DNA of 64,000 nt from an uncultured Hyphomicrobiales bacterium (GTDB lineage Bacteria; Pseudomonadota; Alphaproteobacteria; Rhizobiales; Xanthobacteraceae), in the NCBI GenBank assembly GCA_964604745.1, contig CAZSAW010000080.1:12245-76244 (forward strand), written 5' to 3'. Positions 19,178 to 28,266 of this stretch are shown here, in pieces. Positions within the stretch are counted from its first letter, which is position 1, and each line of letters starts with the position of its first letter. Under the pieces are notes generated by a model. It was not told where the DNA came from. It saw nothing but the letters and a program-made list of their open reading frames with translations, and searched no databases. The position numbers and the translations under genes were made by a program.

Positions 19178-20650
19178 CTAACGTCCATCTGTGTTGTTGC
19201 GGGCGTAAAGGCGCCACGTCCGGTTTTGATAGACGAGCCGGTAACCCGGCGCGCCGTTGCGAAAGAGAGCGGGGAAGGTCTTGGCGACGTCGTCTTGCGC
19301 GGCTGCTGCGCTGTGCGGATCGGGGACGGCAATAAAGGGGGCATCGACCCGTCCCGTCAGGGTCGCGAGCGTGAATGTGTCGCTGCTCGGCGTCAGCAGG
19401 CCGCGCGCGCGGCCGCGCCCGATGACGATCATGGGAGTATGCTCGGTATCCGCCATCACATTGTCGTAAGCGCTGGTCGCGCGACCGAGATGAAAGGCGT
19501 CGGCGCGCGCGACTGCGCGCAAGCTCGGTTCCGCGCTGCCGATGGCGAGCGCCGCGCCGGGATCGGCGGCGATCGTTCCGATGAGTCCGCCAATCCAGCC
19601 GAAGGCAAGGAGAGCGAGCAGGCGTACAGGATAAAGCCGCATCTCCGGCACATGCGTGATGACAAGCAGCGCGACGATCGGAACGATCACGCTCGTCGCC
19701 GCCGGATTGCCGAACTGGCCGCTCGCAGTCGCGATCATGGATGCGCTGACGGCGAGCGCACAAAGCACGAGTGGCGGCGTTAGCAGCGGCTGGCGGCCGC
19801 GTGCCAGGGTCAAACCGAAGAGCGCCGCGGGGGCGCCGACGACGATCGCGAAGCTGGTCGCCAGCGCGGCTGTCAGCGTCGGCGAAACCGTTGCGGCGGA
19901 CCCGAAAAGCTCGGCCGTGCCCGCAGTCCAGGTGGAGAGGCTTTCTGCCGGCGCGGCGAAAACGCTCCAGCCGCTGCCGGGAAAGACCCAGGAGACATAG
20001 GTGAATGCGCCGATGCAGAACAGCGTCGGAAAGACGAGAACGAGCGCGACATTGATGGCGGAATTGGCGATCACGCTCGGCGGCACGGCGAAGATCAGGA
20101 ACGGGCTCAGCGCGAGAGCGACTCCGAGCGGGTGCGAGAAGGCGACGCCGAGCAGCGCGAAACTGACCGCCATCACCTCCGGCGCCGCGGCGCGGGCGCG
20201 CAGATCGTAGAGCGCGCTGCCGAGAAGAAAGAGAAAGGCCGCGAGAAACATCTCGGCAGCGCCGGCAAGGCCCGCGCGCAGCATGGCCGGATGCAGAGCA
20301 AGCAGCAGCGTCGCCAATGCCGCGACCGGAAAGGACAATCCGCTTGCGCGCAATTCCAGATACCAGACGCCGCCGAGAAGCCCGATCAGCGCCGTGGCGA
20401 GCAGCGACGGCGCCGGCGTGCCCTCCGGCGTCAGGAATTGCATCAGCGATGAGGCGAGAAAAGGCGCCGAGGGATAGGACGCGACGATCCGGCCGATCGA
20501 GGCGCCGCCGTCGCTTGCCGTGATCGTCCCGGCCCACAGGCGCACGCCGTCATCGGAGAGGAGGCCGGCACCGAGCATCGCTGCGACGAAGGCCAACGCG
20601 AGAAGGAAGACCGAAAGCGACAACGGAATGGCGGCGGCGAGACGTGTCAT
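19178..20650 (-). CDS. Polytopic membrane protein, GT-C (PMT/GT39-like) glycosyltransferase candidate
   Basis: About 11-12 TM; acidic 'SDD' in the first loop after TM1, 'YPSAPF', C-terminal soluble domain ending '...LVYQN..WRLY'. Confidence 0.55.
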   Translation of the reverse strand: MTRLAAAIPLSLSVFLLALAFVAAMLGAGLLSDDGVRLWAGTITASDGGASIGRIVASYPSAPFLASSLMQFLTPEGTPAPSLLATALIGLLGGVWYLELRASGLSFPVAALATLLLALHPAMLRAGLAGAAEMFLAAFLFLLGSALYDLRARAAAPEVMAVSFALLGVAFSHPLGVALALSPFLIFAVPPSVIANSAINVALVLVFPTLFCIGAFTYVSWVFPGSGWSVFAAPAESLSTWTAGTAELFGSAATVSPTLTAALATSFAIVVGAPAALFGLTLARGRQPLLTPPLVLCALAVSASMIATASGQFGNPAATSVIVPIVALLVITHVPEMRLYPVRLLALLAFGWIGGLIGTIAADPGAALAIGSAEPSLRAVARADAFHLGRATSAYDNVMADTEHTPMIVIGRGRARGLLTPSSDTFTLATLTGRVDAPFIAVPDPHSAAAAQDDVAKTFPALFRNGAPGYRLVYQNRTWRLYARNNTDGR

Positions 20651-22527
20651 GGCGCGGCGCTCCGCGCCAGCTCAAGTTCGCGCGCGACGTGTCTGGAGAC
20701 GCCGTGCTGCGTCTTCTCCCAATAGAAGGGATTGCGTAGCAATTGCCACAGCGCCTTGTAGGCTGCGACCGACACGAGCGCCCAATAGCCGATGGCGGTG
20801 AGGCTGTAGGGAATGAGATCGAGCCAGCCGCGCCGGATCGGCGCGAGCATCGAGAGGTACATGAAGGCGCCGTTGCCGGCGAGCAGGTTAAGCAAGCTGA
20901 TAAAGAGGAGGAATTGCGGAAACACCACGTCGAAGCCGCTTTCGGCGCGCAACAACCAGAAGACATAGAGCGCCCAGAACAGCGGGTTCAGAAGACCAGC
21001 GATGACGGTGCCGCCGATGAAGAAAACGAAACCAAGAAAGCCGAGCGGACCGACGCTGCGGATCAGATGCAGCGGGCGCCGGGTGTGCACGAGCAGGGTC
21101 TGCAGATAACCCTTGATCCAGCGCGAGCGCTGGCGGACCCAGTTGGGCACGTGACAGCTCGCTTCCTCATAGGTCGTCGAATCGACGATGCCGACGCGAT
21201 AGCCCTTCTGGCTGAGACGGATGCCGAGATCGGCATCCTCGGTGACATTGAAGGGATCCCAGGCGTGCAGCTCGCGCAGCACATCGATCTTGAAATGGTT
21301 CGACGTGCCGCCGAGCGGGATCGGGATGTTGAGCCGCTCGAGGCCAGGCAGGATCTGATCGAACCACAGCGAATAATCGAGCGTGAACATACGCGACAGC
21401 CAGTTCTCGCTCGCGTTGTAGTAATTGAGCCGGCATTGCAGACAGGCGACGTCGGGCGGCGAATTGCGGAACGTCGCCACCACCTTGCGCAACTGGTCCG
21501 GTTCGGGCTTGTCCTCGGCGTCATAGACGACGAGATAGTCGCCGCGCGCGAAGCGCAGCGCGTAGTTGCAAGCCTTCGGCTTCGTCTGCGGTTGCGAGGG
21601 CGGCACGCGGATCACCTCGAACACGCCTTCGAGGCCGAGTGTGCGTGCGACCTCGATCGTCTCGTGGTCGCTCGCCTCAAGCACGAGCTTGATGTCGAGC
21701 TTGCCAAGCGGATAGTCGAGATCGCGCAAAGCCTGCGCCAGGATCGGCAGCACTTCCGGCTCGCGGAACATCGGCACGAGCACCGTGTAGATGGGCAATT
21801 CGTCCTCGGTGAGCGCGCGCGCCGCGACGTCGATCGTATGATCGCGCTCGACCGAGCGCCCACCGCCGGCCGCGACCAGCATCCCCTTGAAGATGAAATT
21901 GCCGAGATAGAAGACACTCATCATCACATTGAGCGCGATCAGGGTCGGGATCGGCGCAGCGGCGAGACCGGCGAGAAGGGCGGTGAGCGAGCCGTAGCCG
22001 GCAACGACCTGCGCGGGCGTGAACACGCGCTGTGCCGACATGGCAGGGTCCTGTTCGGCCAGCTCGTAGACGGCACGGTCGGAGAAATGCTCGGCAAAAG
22101 CGGTCTGCAGCGCCCAGGAGATGTCGAACTTGGAGGTGACGGCGAAGTCGATCGCGCTCCCCCAGCGCTCGCGCGCAAAGAGGACGGTCTCGGCGCCCGG
22201 CTCGGCGGTTGCGATCACGAGACGGCCGTCTCGCTGCATCCACGGGATGGCGAGGTGGCGGATGTAGGCGTCGATGTCCTCGGCGCGGAGCAAGACGCGG
22301 TCGGGCGCGTGCGCGACGAGATCGACGAAGGCCAGATCGAAATGCGCGGCAATGGCGCGATAGAGTATCGGCGGCTCGATCCAGTTGCGCGCGAGCACGG
22401 CGTCGCTCAGCCGCACATGCCATTTCTCGGCCAGCGCCACCGCCTCGTCGAGTTGCGGCAGCGTCAGAATGCGCCGGTCGACCAGCAAATCGCCGAACGC
22501 GCGATCGGAGGGCGTGAGAGCCTGCAC
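20647..22527 (-). CDS. Processive GT2 glycan synthase (cellulose-synthase-like) with N-terminal MshEN-like domain
   Basis: GTG 22527, 2 nt after the upstream stop (ORF track extends to 22653). 'YTVLVPMFRE', 'TKPKACN', 'YDAED' (DxD), 'GGTSNHF', 'TEDADLG', 'RQRSRW' (QxxRW), C-terminal TMs, 'WEKTQHG'. Confidence 0.9.
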   Translation of the reverse strand: MQALTPSDRAFGDLLVDRRILTLPQLDEAVALAEKWHVRLSDAVLARNWIEPPILYRAIAAHFDLAFVDLVAHAPDRVLLRAEDIDAYIRHLAIPWMQRDGRLVIATAEPGAETVLFARERWGSAIDFAVTSKFDISWALQTAFAEHFSDRAVYELAEQDPAMSAQRVFTPAQVVAGYGSLTALLAGLAAAPIPTLIALNVMMSVFYLGNFIFKGMLVAAGGGRSVERDHTIDVAARALTEDELPIYTVLVPMFREPEVLPILAQALRDLDYPLGKLDIKLVLEASDHETIEVARTLGLEGVFEVIRVPPSQPQTKPKACNYALRFARGDYLVVYDAEDKPEPDQLRKVVATFRNSPPDVACLQCRLNYYNASENWLSRMFTLDYSLWFDQILPGLERLNIPIPLGGTSNHFKIDVLRELHAWDPFNVTEDADLGIRLSQKGYRVGIVDSTTYEEASCHVPNWVRQRSRWIKGYLQTLLVHTRRPLHLIRSVGPLGFLGFVFFIGGTVIAGLLNPLFWALYVFWLLRAESGFDVVFPQFLLFISLLNLLAGNGAFMYLSMLAPIRRGWLDLIPYSLTAIGYWALVSVAAYKALWQLLRNPFYWEKTQHGVSRHVARELELARSAAP

Positions 22528-22529
22528 GC

Positions 22530-24533
22530 CTAGCCGCCTCGCGCGCTCTTGCGGCGGCTCATGCGCTGCAAGGCGAAGAGGAAGGCAAGCGTCGCGAACA
22601 GCCACAGGCCGCCCATCATCCATGAGCGATAGCGCTCGGCGAGCGACAGCCACGACACCTGGTCGGGATAGGCGATGCGCACGAGCTGATCACGCTCGCT
22701 CGACATGGCTAGCGCGAGCCCGGCATTGTCGAGGAAGGCGACGTCGCCGCGGTCGAGCCGCAGTTCGCGCGGCGAGGGCAGGGACTTGTCGGCCGCGAGC
22801 GGCTTGATCCAGAGGCCGCTCTGTTCGCCGGCCTGCACGATCTGTGCGACGGCGCCGGACTGCAAACCCGCAAGTTCGAGCACGGTCCGTCCCGCGCGAT
22901 CGGCGACGGCAACGCGGCCGCGATCGAAACGCACGCGCGGTTCGCTTCCGGCCGGCGGTTGATCGCTGATGGCGATGAAACCTCTTTCCACCGCGGGAAT
23001 CGCCGCGGGGTCGACCAGCTTCACGCTGACCGGCGTGCTGTCGGAAGACAGCGCTGCCAGCGCCGGGGCGAGAAAGCCAAGCACCGAAGCCGGCCGGTCG
23101 GCGGCCGTCATCGGCGCCACGATCTCGACGCCGCGCGCCCATTGCGCCGCCAGATCGGAAAAGTCGCGCGCCGGCTTCGCGGCCGGTTCGAGCACGACGG
23201 CACTCGAGCCCAGGATCTGCGCCGGATAGCCCTGCGGCTCAAACCGGCAATCGCCCTGGGCACTGCGCCGCTGGACGACAACGCGCACATTGGCCATGGC
23301 GCCGACCAGGCCGTCCGGCAATTCGAGATCGAGCCGCGTCGGCTCGCCGACCGCCGCGACCCTGCTGCCGAGCAGGCGTTCGTTCACGAAGGCCGTGACG
23401 ACGGCATTTTCTCCCGCGCCGTCGGGCGCCACCATGAGATCGAGCACGAGGCGCGCCATGCGTGTGCCCGGCGGCAGGGCGCGCGTGGCGATGGAAAAGG
23501 GAAGTTCGGCGCGGCCGAACACATCCGCCTGCGCCGGGGCGACGCCAAGGTCGGTCAGCGTGACGTGATCGTCCGGCAGCGCGGTCGGCGTCACGTTGCC
23601 GACGAGAGCGCCGCCACTGCCGCGCGTTGCCGCGAGCGCCGGGCTTGCGAACAATCGCGCGGCACGCGCTGAATCGCTTTCCGAGACAAGGAGCGCGGGC
23701 TGCCCGCCACTGCGCACGACATTGATGCTGCCGAAGGACGGCACGGCGCCGGCGACGACGGCGATCGGGGAATCGATGAGGCCGGAATAATCATTGAAAG
23801 AGCCGACGAGGATCAGTCCGCGGCTCCAGCGTCGTATCTCGCCACGGCGCGGGATTTCGGGCCTGATGTTTTCGGCGAAGGCGACGCGCCGGCCGGACGA
23901 ACGCAGGGCGCGCGCGATCGTCAGTGCGGCGGCAAGCTCGGAGGGGGTGAGCCTTCGCTGCGGCAGCGCGATCGCGATATCGCGCGGCATCAACGCGGCG
24001 AGACTTGCAATATCGAAGGAAGCCGCCGCCGGAATGTCGATCTCGACGGCGGATTCCGGCCGCACGGTGATGCTATCGCCGACATAACGGACGTCAACGC
24101 AGCGATCCTGTGTGGCGGCGCCGGAATAGAGAAAGGTCAGCTTCAGGAAGCCGTCGCGCGTCGTGGTATTTGCAAGCGGCACGCGCACGACGCGCGCGGC
24201 CGCGCGCCCGTCCAGCGCGATGGCGCCCGCGCTGCGATCATTGACCAGGACTTCGAGACTGCGGCGCGCCTCGTGTGCGCTGACATCATCGAGCGAAAGT
24301 ACAAGCTCGCGCGCCGTGGCGCCGACGCCCTGCGGTAGCGGCACGAACAATTCCTGCCGCCCGCCGAGATTGGCGAGGCGAAATCCGCTGGCGAGGCCGA
24401 TATCGGCGAGCGTCACGGTCGTCGTCAGCGTTTCGCTCAGGCGATCTGCAACGCGAGGGGATTGCGCGGTGGCGCCGCCGCCCATGCAGGTCCATGCAAT
24501 CGCCGCGGCGGCGAACAGGCGCGTATCCATCAT
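22530..24533 (-). CDS. BcsB-like periplasmic co-polymerase/adaptor
   Basis: Signal peptide; two jelly-roll plus flavodoxin-like repeats ('TLADIGL...G.QELFVPLP...SLEVLVND', 'TLTDLG...ELPFSI...TAFVNERLL'); single C-terminal TM anchor. Confidence 0.7.
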   Translation of the reverse strand: MMDTRLFAAAAIAWTCMGGGATAQSPRVADRLSETLTTTVTLADIGLASGFRLANLGGRQELFVPLPQGVGATARELVLSLDDVSAHEARRSLEVLVNDRSAGAIALDGRAAARVVRVPLANTTTRDGFLKLTFLYSGAATQDRCVDVRYVGDSITVRPESAVEIDIPAAASFDIASLAALMPRDIAIALPQRRLTPSELAAALTIARALRSSGRRVAFAENIRPEIPRRGEIRRWSRGLILVGSFNDYSGLIDSPIAVVAGAVPSFGSINVVRSGGQPALLVSESDSARAARLFASPALAATRGSGGALVGNVTPTALPDDHVTLTDLGVAPAQADVFGRAELPFSIATRALPPGTRMARLVLDLMVAPDGAGENAVVTAFVNERLLGSRVAAVGEPTRLDLELPDGLVGAMANVRVVVQRRSAQGDCRFEPQGYPAQILGSSAVVLEPAAKPARDFSDLAAQWARGVEIVAPMTAADRPASVLGFLAPALAALSSDSTPVSVKLVDPAAIPAVERGFIAISDQPPAGSEPRVRFDRGRVAVADRAGRTVLELAGLQSGAVAQIVQAGEQSGLWIKPLAADKSLPSPRELRLDRGDVAFLDNAGLALAMSSERDQLVRIAYPDQVSWLSLAERYRSWMMGGLWLFATLAFLFALQRMSRRKSARGG

Positions 24534-24537
24534 CGCG

Positions 24538-24900
24538 TCACTCCGGACTCATATCGTTGGCTGTAAGGTCGGCGGTCGCGGCCTCGCGCAGGACTGCGAT
24601 GCCGCTGCGCAGGCTGCTTGTTTCGTCGTCGGTGAGCGCCCGCCCGGCGCGAAGCGGCTTCAGGAGAATTTGCTCGACCTGGCGCGCGGCCTGTCCGGTC
24701 GCTGCAAATCCGATGGTCGGTCCGATGCCGCAGAGGTCATGAATGCTGCGATGAACGATCGCGAGCGTGTCGAGAGCCGTGGCATCATGGCCCGACAGAC
24801 TCGGGAGCGAAGCATCGAGCGCGGCGATGCGATCGCGCAGCTTCGCCGCGAAGCGCGCGCGCACATGAGCGAGGCGTTCGGCGAATTGATCCGCGGCCAT
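24538..24900 (-). CDS. Stand-alone Hpt phosphotransfer protein
   Basis: 120-aa helical protein with 'IHDLCGIGPTIGF' (HxLxG) motif; first gene of the minus-strand operon. Confidence 0.82.
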   Translation of the reverse strand: MAADQFAERLAHVRARFAAKLRDRIAALDASLPSLSGHDATALDTLAIVHRSIHDLCGIGPTIGFAATGQAARQVEQILLKPLRAGRALTDDETSSLRSGIAVLREAATADLTANDMSPE

Positions 24901-24972
24901 GCAGGGGACGCCCCTCAACGATGCCCGACTGAAACGTCGTGCTCCCGCCGAACGTCAGTAGATTATGGCCAT

Positions 24973-25027
24973 TAATACTTCATTTCGTGTGTACGTACGC
25001 GCAAGCGCGTACGCATGTGAAGTATTA
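24973..25027. promoter_or_regulatory. Nested inverted repeats in the AT-rich divergent promoter region (hpt / ltrA)
   Basis: TAATACTTCA (24973-82) and TGAAGTATTA (25018-27) enclose CGTACGCGC-aa-GCGCGTACG (24994-25013). Confidence 0.55.
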
Positions 25028-25203
25028 TATGAATCTAATACAAACTAATACTCAGGTGAAACGATCTCGATACTTGGCGGAGGAGGACGTCTGAACCGCG
25101 CGGGTAAACGCCGCGCGGGAAAGATATAGATATAATGATGCGCCGTGATGTGGTCCGGTGAACGGCGGAGTAGGTTGCGCGTCCTCCTTTGCCGGGCTCC
25201 TGA

Positions 25204-26463
25204 ATGACCAGTTCTCACTCCCATCTCTCAGCCGTTGCGCACCGCCTCATCCCCATGACGGGGCGCGATCCCGAGGAGGCGCATCGCGCGGCGACGCCGC
25301 TCGAACTCCTGTTCGACCTAACGTTCGTTATCGGCTTCGGCTCGGCTGCATCGCAATTTGCGCATGCGATTGCCGACGGCCACGCCGGGAGCGGCCTGGC
25401 CGCGTTCGGCTTTGCCATGTTCGGCGTGTGCTGGGCGTGGGTGAACTATTCCTGGTTCTCATCCGCCTATGACACGGACGATTGGGTTTACCGGATCGCG
25501 ACATTCGTGCCGATGATTGGCGTCATCGTGCTGTCGCTCGGCATTCCGCGAGCGTTCGCATCGATCGATCACGGCGACCATCTCGACAACGGCGTCATCG
25601 TCCTCGGTTACGTGATCATGCGGCTTGCCATGCTCTTTCTCTGGCTGCGCGCCGCGCGGCAGGACCCGGCACGCCGCAGGACCTGCCTGACCTATGCCGT
25701 CACCATTTTCATCGCGCAGATCGGCTGGATCGCGTCGGCGCTCGCCGAACCGAAATGGCCGGTGGCGATCGTCTGCGGGATTCTCCTTTATATGATCGAG
25801 CTGTCCGGACCGGTCATTGCGGAAAAATGGATCGGTGAGGGCGGGACGCCGTGGCATGCCCATCATATTGCCGAGCGGCACAGCCTGCTCGCGATCATTG
25901 CACTGGGCGAAGGCATTATCGGAACAGTGGCGTCGGTCTCCGCCATCGTCGAGGACCACGGCTGGAGCGCGGAAGCGATCATGATGTGTGCGGCCGGAGT
26001 CGGGCTCACCTTCGGCATGTGGTGGATGTATTTCATCATCCCGGCCGGGCCTGTGCTGCACCGGCATCGCAACCGCTCATTTTTCTGGGGCTATCTGCAT
26101 ATCCCGCTCTTTGCCTCGATCGCGGCCACCGGCGCGGGATTGCATGTCGTCGGCTATTTCATCGAGCACAAGGCGAAGATCGGCGAAGTCGCCACTATCA
26201 TCGCCGCCACGGCGCCGGTCGGCGCCTTCATCACCGGGATCTACATTCTTTATTATGCGCTGATGCGCAAATTCGACGCGCTGCACGCATTCCTGCTCGC
26301 CGCTTCGGCCGCGGTTCTCGTCGCAGCCGTCGGCCTGGCGTGGATAGGCGCCAGTCTGACGCTTTGCCTTGCGATGCTGACGCTGGCGCCCGCCGTCACC
26401 GTGATCGGATATGAAACGCTCGGCGTCCGCGATGTGCAGACGGCGCTCGAGTTAGGTGAATGA
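25204..26463 (+). CDS. ltrA: Low temperature requirement protein A family
   Basis: 'ATPLELLFDLTFV', 'WAWVNYSWF', 'HIAERHSLLAIIALGE', 'MWWMYF'; multi-TM. Confidence 0.9.
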   Translation: MTSSHSHLSAVAHRLIPMTGRDPEEAHRAATPLELLFDLTFVIGFGSAASQFAHAIADGHAGSGLAAFGFAMFGVCWAWVNYSWFSSAYDTDDWVYRIATFVPMIGVIVLSLGIPRAFASIDHGDHLDNGVIVLGYVIMRLAMLFLWLRAARQDPARRRTCLTYAVTIFIAQIGWIASALAEPKWPVAIVCGILLYMIELSGPVIAEKWIGEGGTPWHAHHIAERHSLLAIIALGEGIIGTVASVSAIVEDHGWSAEAIMMCAAGVGLTFGMWWMYFIIPAGPVLHRHRNRSFFWGYLHIPLFASIAATGAGLHVVGYFIEHKAKIGEVATIIAATAPVGAFITGIYILYYALMRKFDALHAFLLAASAAVLVAAVGLAWIGASLTLCLAMLTLAPAVTVIGYETLGVRDVQTALELGE

Positions 26464-26482
26464 GCGCTGGGCGAAACCGCGC

Positions 26483-27553
26483 TTATTGCGCCGACACCGC
26501 GTCGCGCCGGAAATAGACGTCGACCTTCATGCCCACCGCAAGCGGCTCGGCATTGCCAAGATCGATCAGGACTTCGGCAACATCGACATCGGCCATGTTG
26601 CCGGGCCCGCGCGAGGTCGCGCTGCCGGCCTGCACGATCGGTGCGATGAACGACACCTTACCGGCGAAGTCGCGGTCGGGAAAGGCCGAGCTGCGCACGG
26701 TAACTTGTTGTCCCAAGCGGATTTCGCCGAAATCGCGCTCGTCCACTTCCGCGCGCACGCGCAGGCCCGACAGATCGCCGATGGTCAGAAGAGGCTGCGG
26801 CGATGACGGCGCGGCCAGTTCACCGGTCCTCGCATTGACCTGAAGAATGCTTCCAGACATTGGTGCGCGGATCGTGAGCTTGTCGATCGAGGCGCGGATC
26901 ACCTGCAGGTCGGCGCGTGCGATGCTGAGCTGTCCTTCCGTCACCGTCGGCAGCGGCGCGTCCGCCTCGATCCGTTCGTAATCGGCCTTGCGCTGGATGA
27001 CGCGATCGGCCGCGCGAACCATGGCGTTCCGCGTGGAGTCGAATGCGGCGGATTTTCCTGTTCCGTTGCGCCGCGCGATGGCGGCATCGTCGAAGGCTGA
27101 CCGCGCTTCGGCGAAGGTCTTCTCGGCCTCGTAGACGGCATCTTCGGCCTTGCGCCGTTCCGACGCCTTGCCGGACGCCGACTGGTCGTTGCGCGCGCGC
27201 TGGCGCAGCGCCACCTGCGTTTCGGCCGAAGCAAGGCGAGCCTGCAATTCCTTGTCCACGAGGCGAACAAGCGGTTCGCCGGCAACGACCTGGTCGTTGG
27301 CCTTCACCAGCACCTCGCCGATCGGCGCCAGCATGGAGGCATGGATACGCACTTCGCCAGTGCGCGGCTCGACGCGGCCCGGAGCGACCGCCTGCCAGAC
27401 CTTGTCCTTGCGCGCGTCCTGCGCCGCGTCCGCCACTTGCTGGCGCGAGAATATGCGCGGCGCATCGGCGGCGATGGCCACCGCCAGCACGATCACGCCG
27501 GCAACGAACAGCGCGGCAGCTCGGAACTTCGTGAGGGTCATCATCTGTCTCAT
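26483..27553 (-). CDS. Periplasmic adaptor / membrane fusion protein (HlyD/DevB-like)
   Basis: N-terminal TM, 'APGRVEP', lipoyl halves, long helical hairpin, 'IRAPMSGSIL', 'VRAEVDERD', 'GMKVDV'. Confidence 0.9.
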   Translation of the reverse strand: MRQMMTLTKFRAAALFVAGVIVLAVAIAADAPRIFSRQQVADAAQDARKDKVWQAVAPGRVEPRTGEVRIHASMLAPIGEVLVKANDQVVAGEPLVRLVDKELQARLASAETQVALRQRARNDQSASGKASERRKAEDAVYEAEKTFAEARSAFDDAAIARRNGTGKSAAFDSTRNAMVRAADRVIQRKADYERIEADAPLPTVTEGQLSIARADLQVIRASIDKLTIRAPMSGSILQVNARTGELAAPSSPQPLLTIGDLSGLRVRAEVDERDFGEIRLGQQVTVRSSAFPDRDFAGKVSFIAPIVQAGSATSRGPGNMADVDVAEVLIDLGNAEPLAVGMKVDVYFRRDAVSAQ

Positions 27554-28266
27554 CGGCGGGCGGATCGCTGCGGTTTCGCGCCGGGGCGCTCCTCGCTCAC
27601 GATGCGGCCGTCTTCAATATGGACAATACGGTCGGCGAACGGCAAGAGACGCGGATCGTGCGTTACCACGAGGACGCCGCGCGCCGGATCGTCAGCGATC
27701 TGCGACAGGATCGTCATCACCGCCTGGCCGTTCTCGCTGTCGAGGGCGGCACTTGGCTCGTCGGCGAGGATCGCGGGCGCGTCGCCGGCTATTGCGCGCG
27801 CGATGGCGACGCGCTGCTGCTCGCCGCCGCTCAATTCGCGCGGGTAGGAGCGCGTCTTGTGCGCGAGCCCCACGCGCTCCAGCGCCCGCTTGGCCTTTTC
27901 GATCGCGACGCGGCGCGGCTCGCCACGCACATCGAGCGCGAGGCGAACATTGTCCGTTGCATTCAGGGTCGGAAACAGATGATACGACTGGAAGACGAAG
28001 CCGATGTGATTGCGCCGAAGCACGGCGAGCTCTTCCGGCCCTTTGCCTTCGGTCGAATGCCCGCCCACGTGCACGCTGCCCTCGGTCGGCGTCAGCATGC
28101 ATCCGAGAATGGAAAGAAGCGTGGTTTTGCCGCTGCCCGACGGCCCCATCAGCAGCGTCAATTCGCCGCCGCGCAATGCGAGGCTCACGCTCTTCAATGC
28201 CTGAACCTCGCCCGCGCCGCTGCCGAGCACCTTCGTCACGCCGTCCGCTGCGAGCAGGACGCTCAT
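27550..28266 (-). CDS. ABC transporter ATPase (DevA/LolD/MacB-type)
   Basis: Walker A GPSGSGKT, Q-loop FVFQSYHL, LSGGEQQR, ILADEP, VVTHD. Confidence 0.95.
   Translation of the reverse strand: MSVLLAADGVTKVLGSGAGEVQALKSVSLALRGGELTLLMGPSGSGKTTLLSILGCMLTPTEGSVHVGGHSTEGKGPEELAVLRRNHIGFVFQSYHLFPTLNATDNVRLALDVRGEPRRVAIEKAKRALERVGLAHKTRSYPRELSGGEQQRVAIARAIAGDAPAILADEPSAALDSENGQAVMTILSQIADDPARGVLVVTHDPRLLPFADRIVHIEDGRIVSEERPGAKPQRSARR

Noticed and set aside
22528-22653. Upstream extension of the GT2 ORF
   Set aside because: Overlaps the BcsB-like gene by 124 nt. The GTG at 22527, 2 nt after its stop, fits translational coupling.
20647-24533. Calling the synthase and partner bcsA/bcsB (cellulose)
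   Set aside because: No PilZ domain, different GT2 subtype motifs (YDAED, GGTSNHF), and no bcsZ/bcsC; gene symbols withheld.
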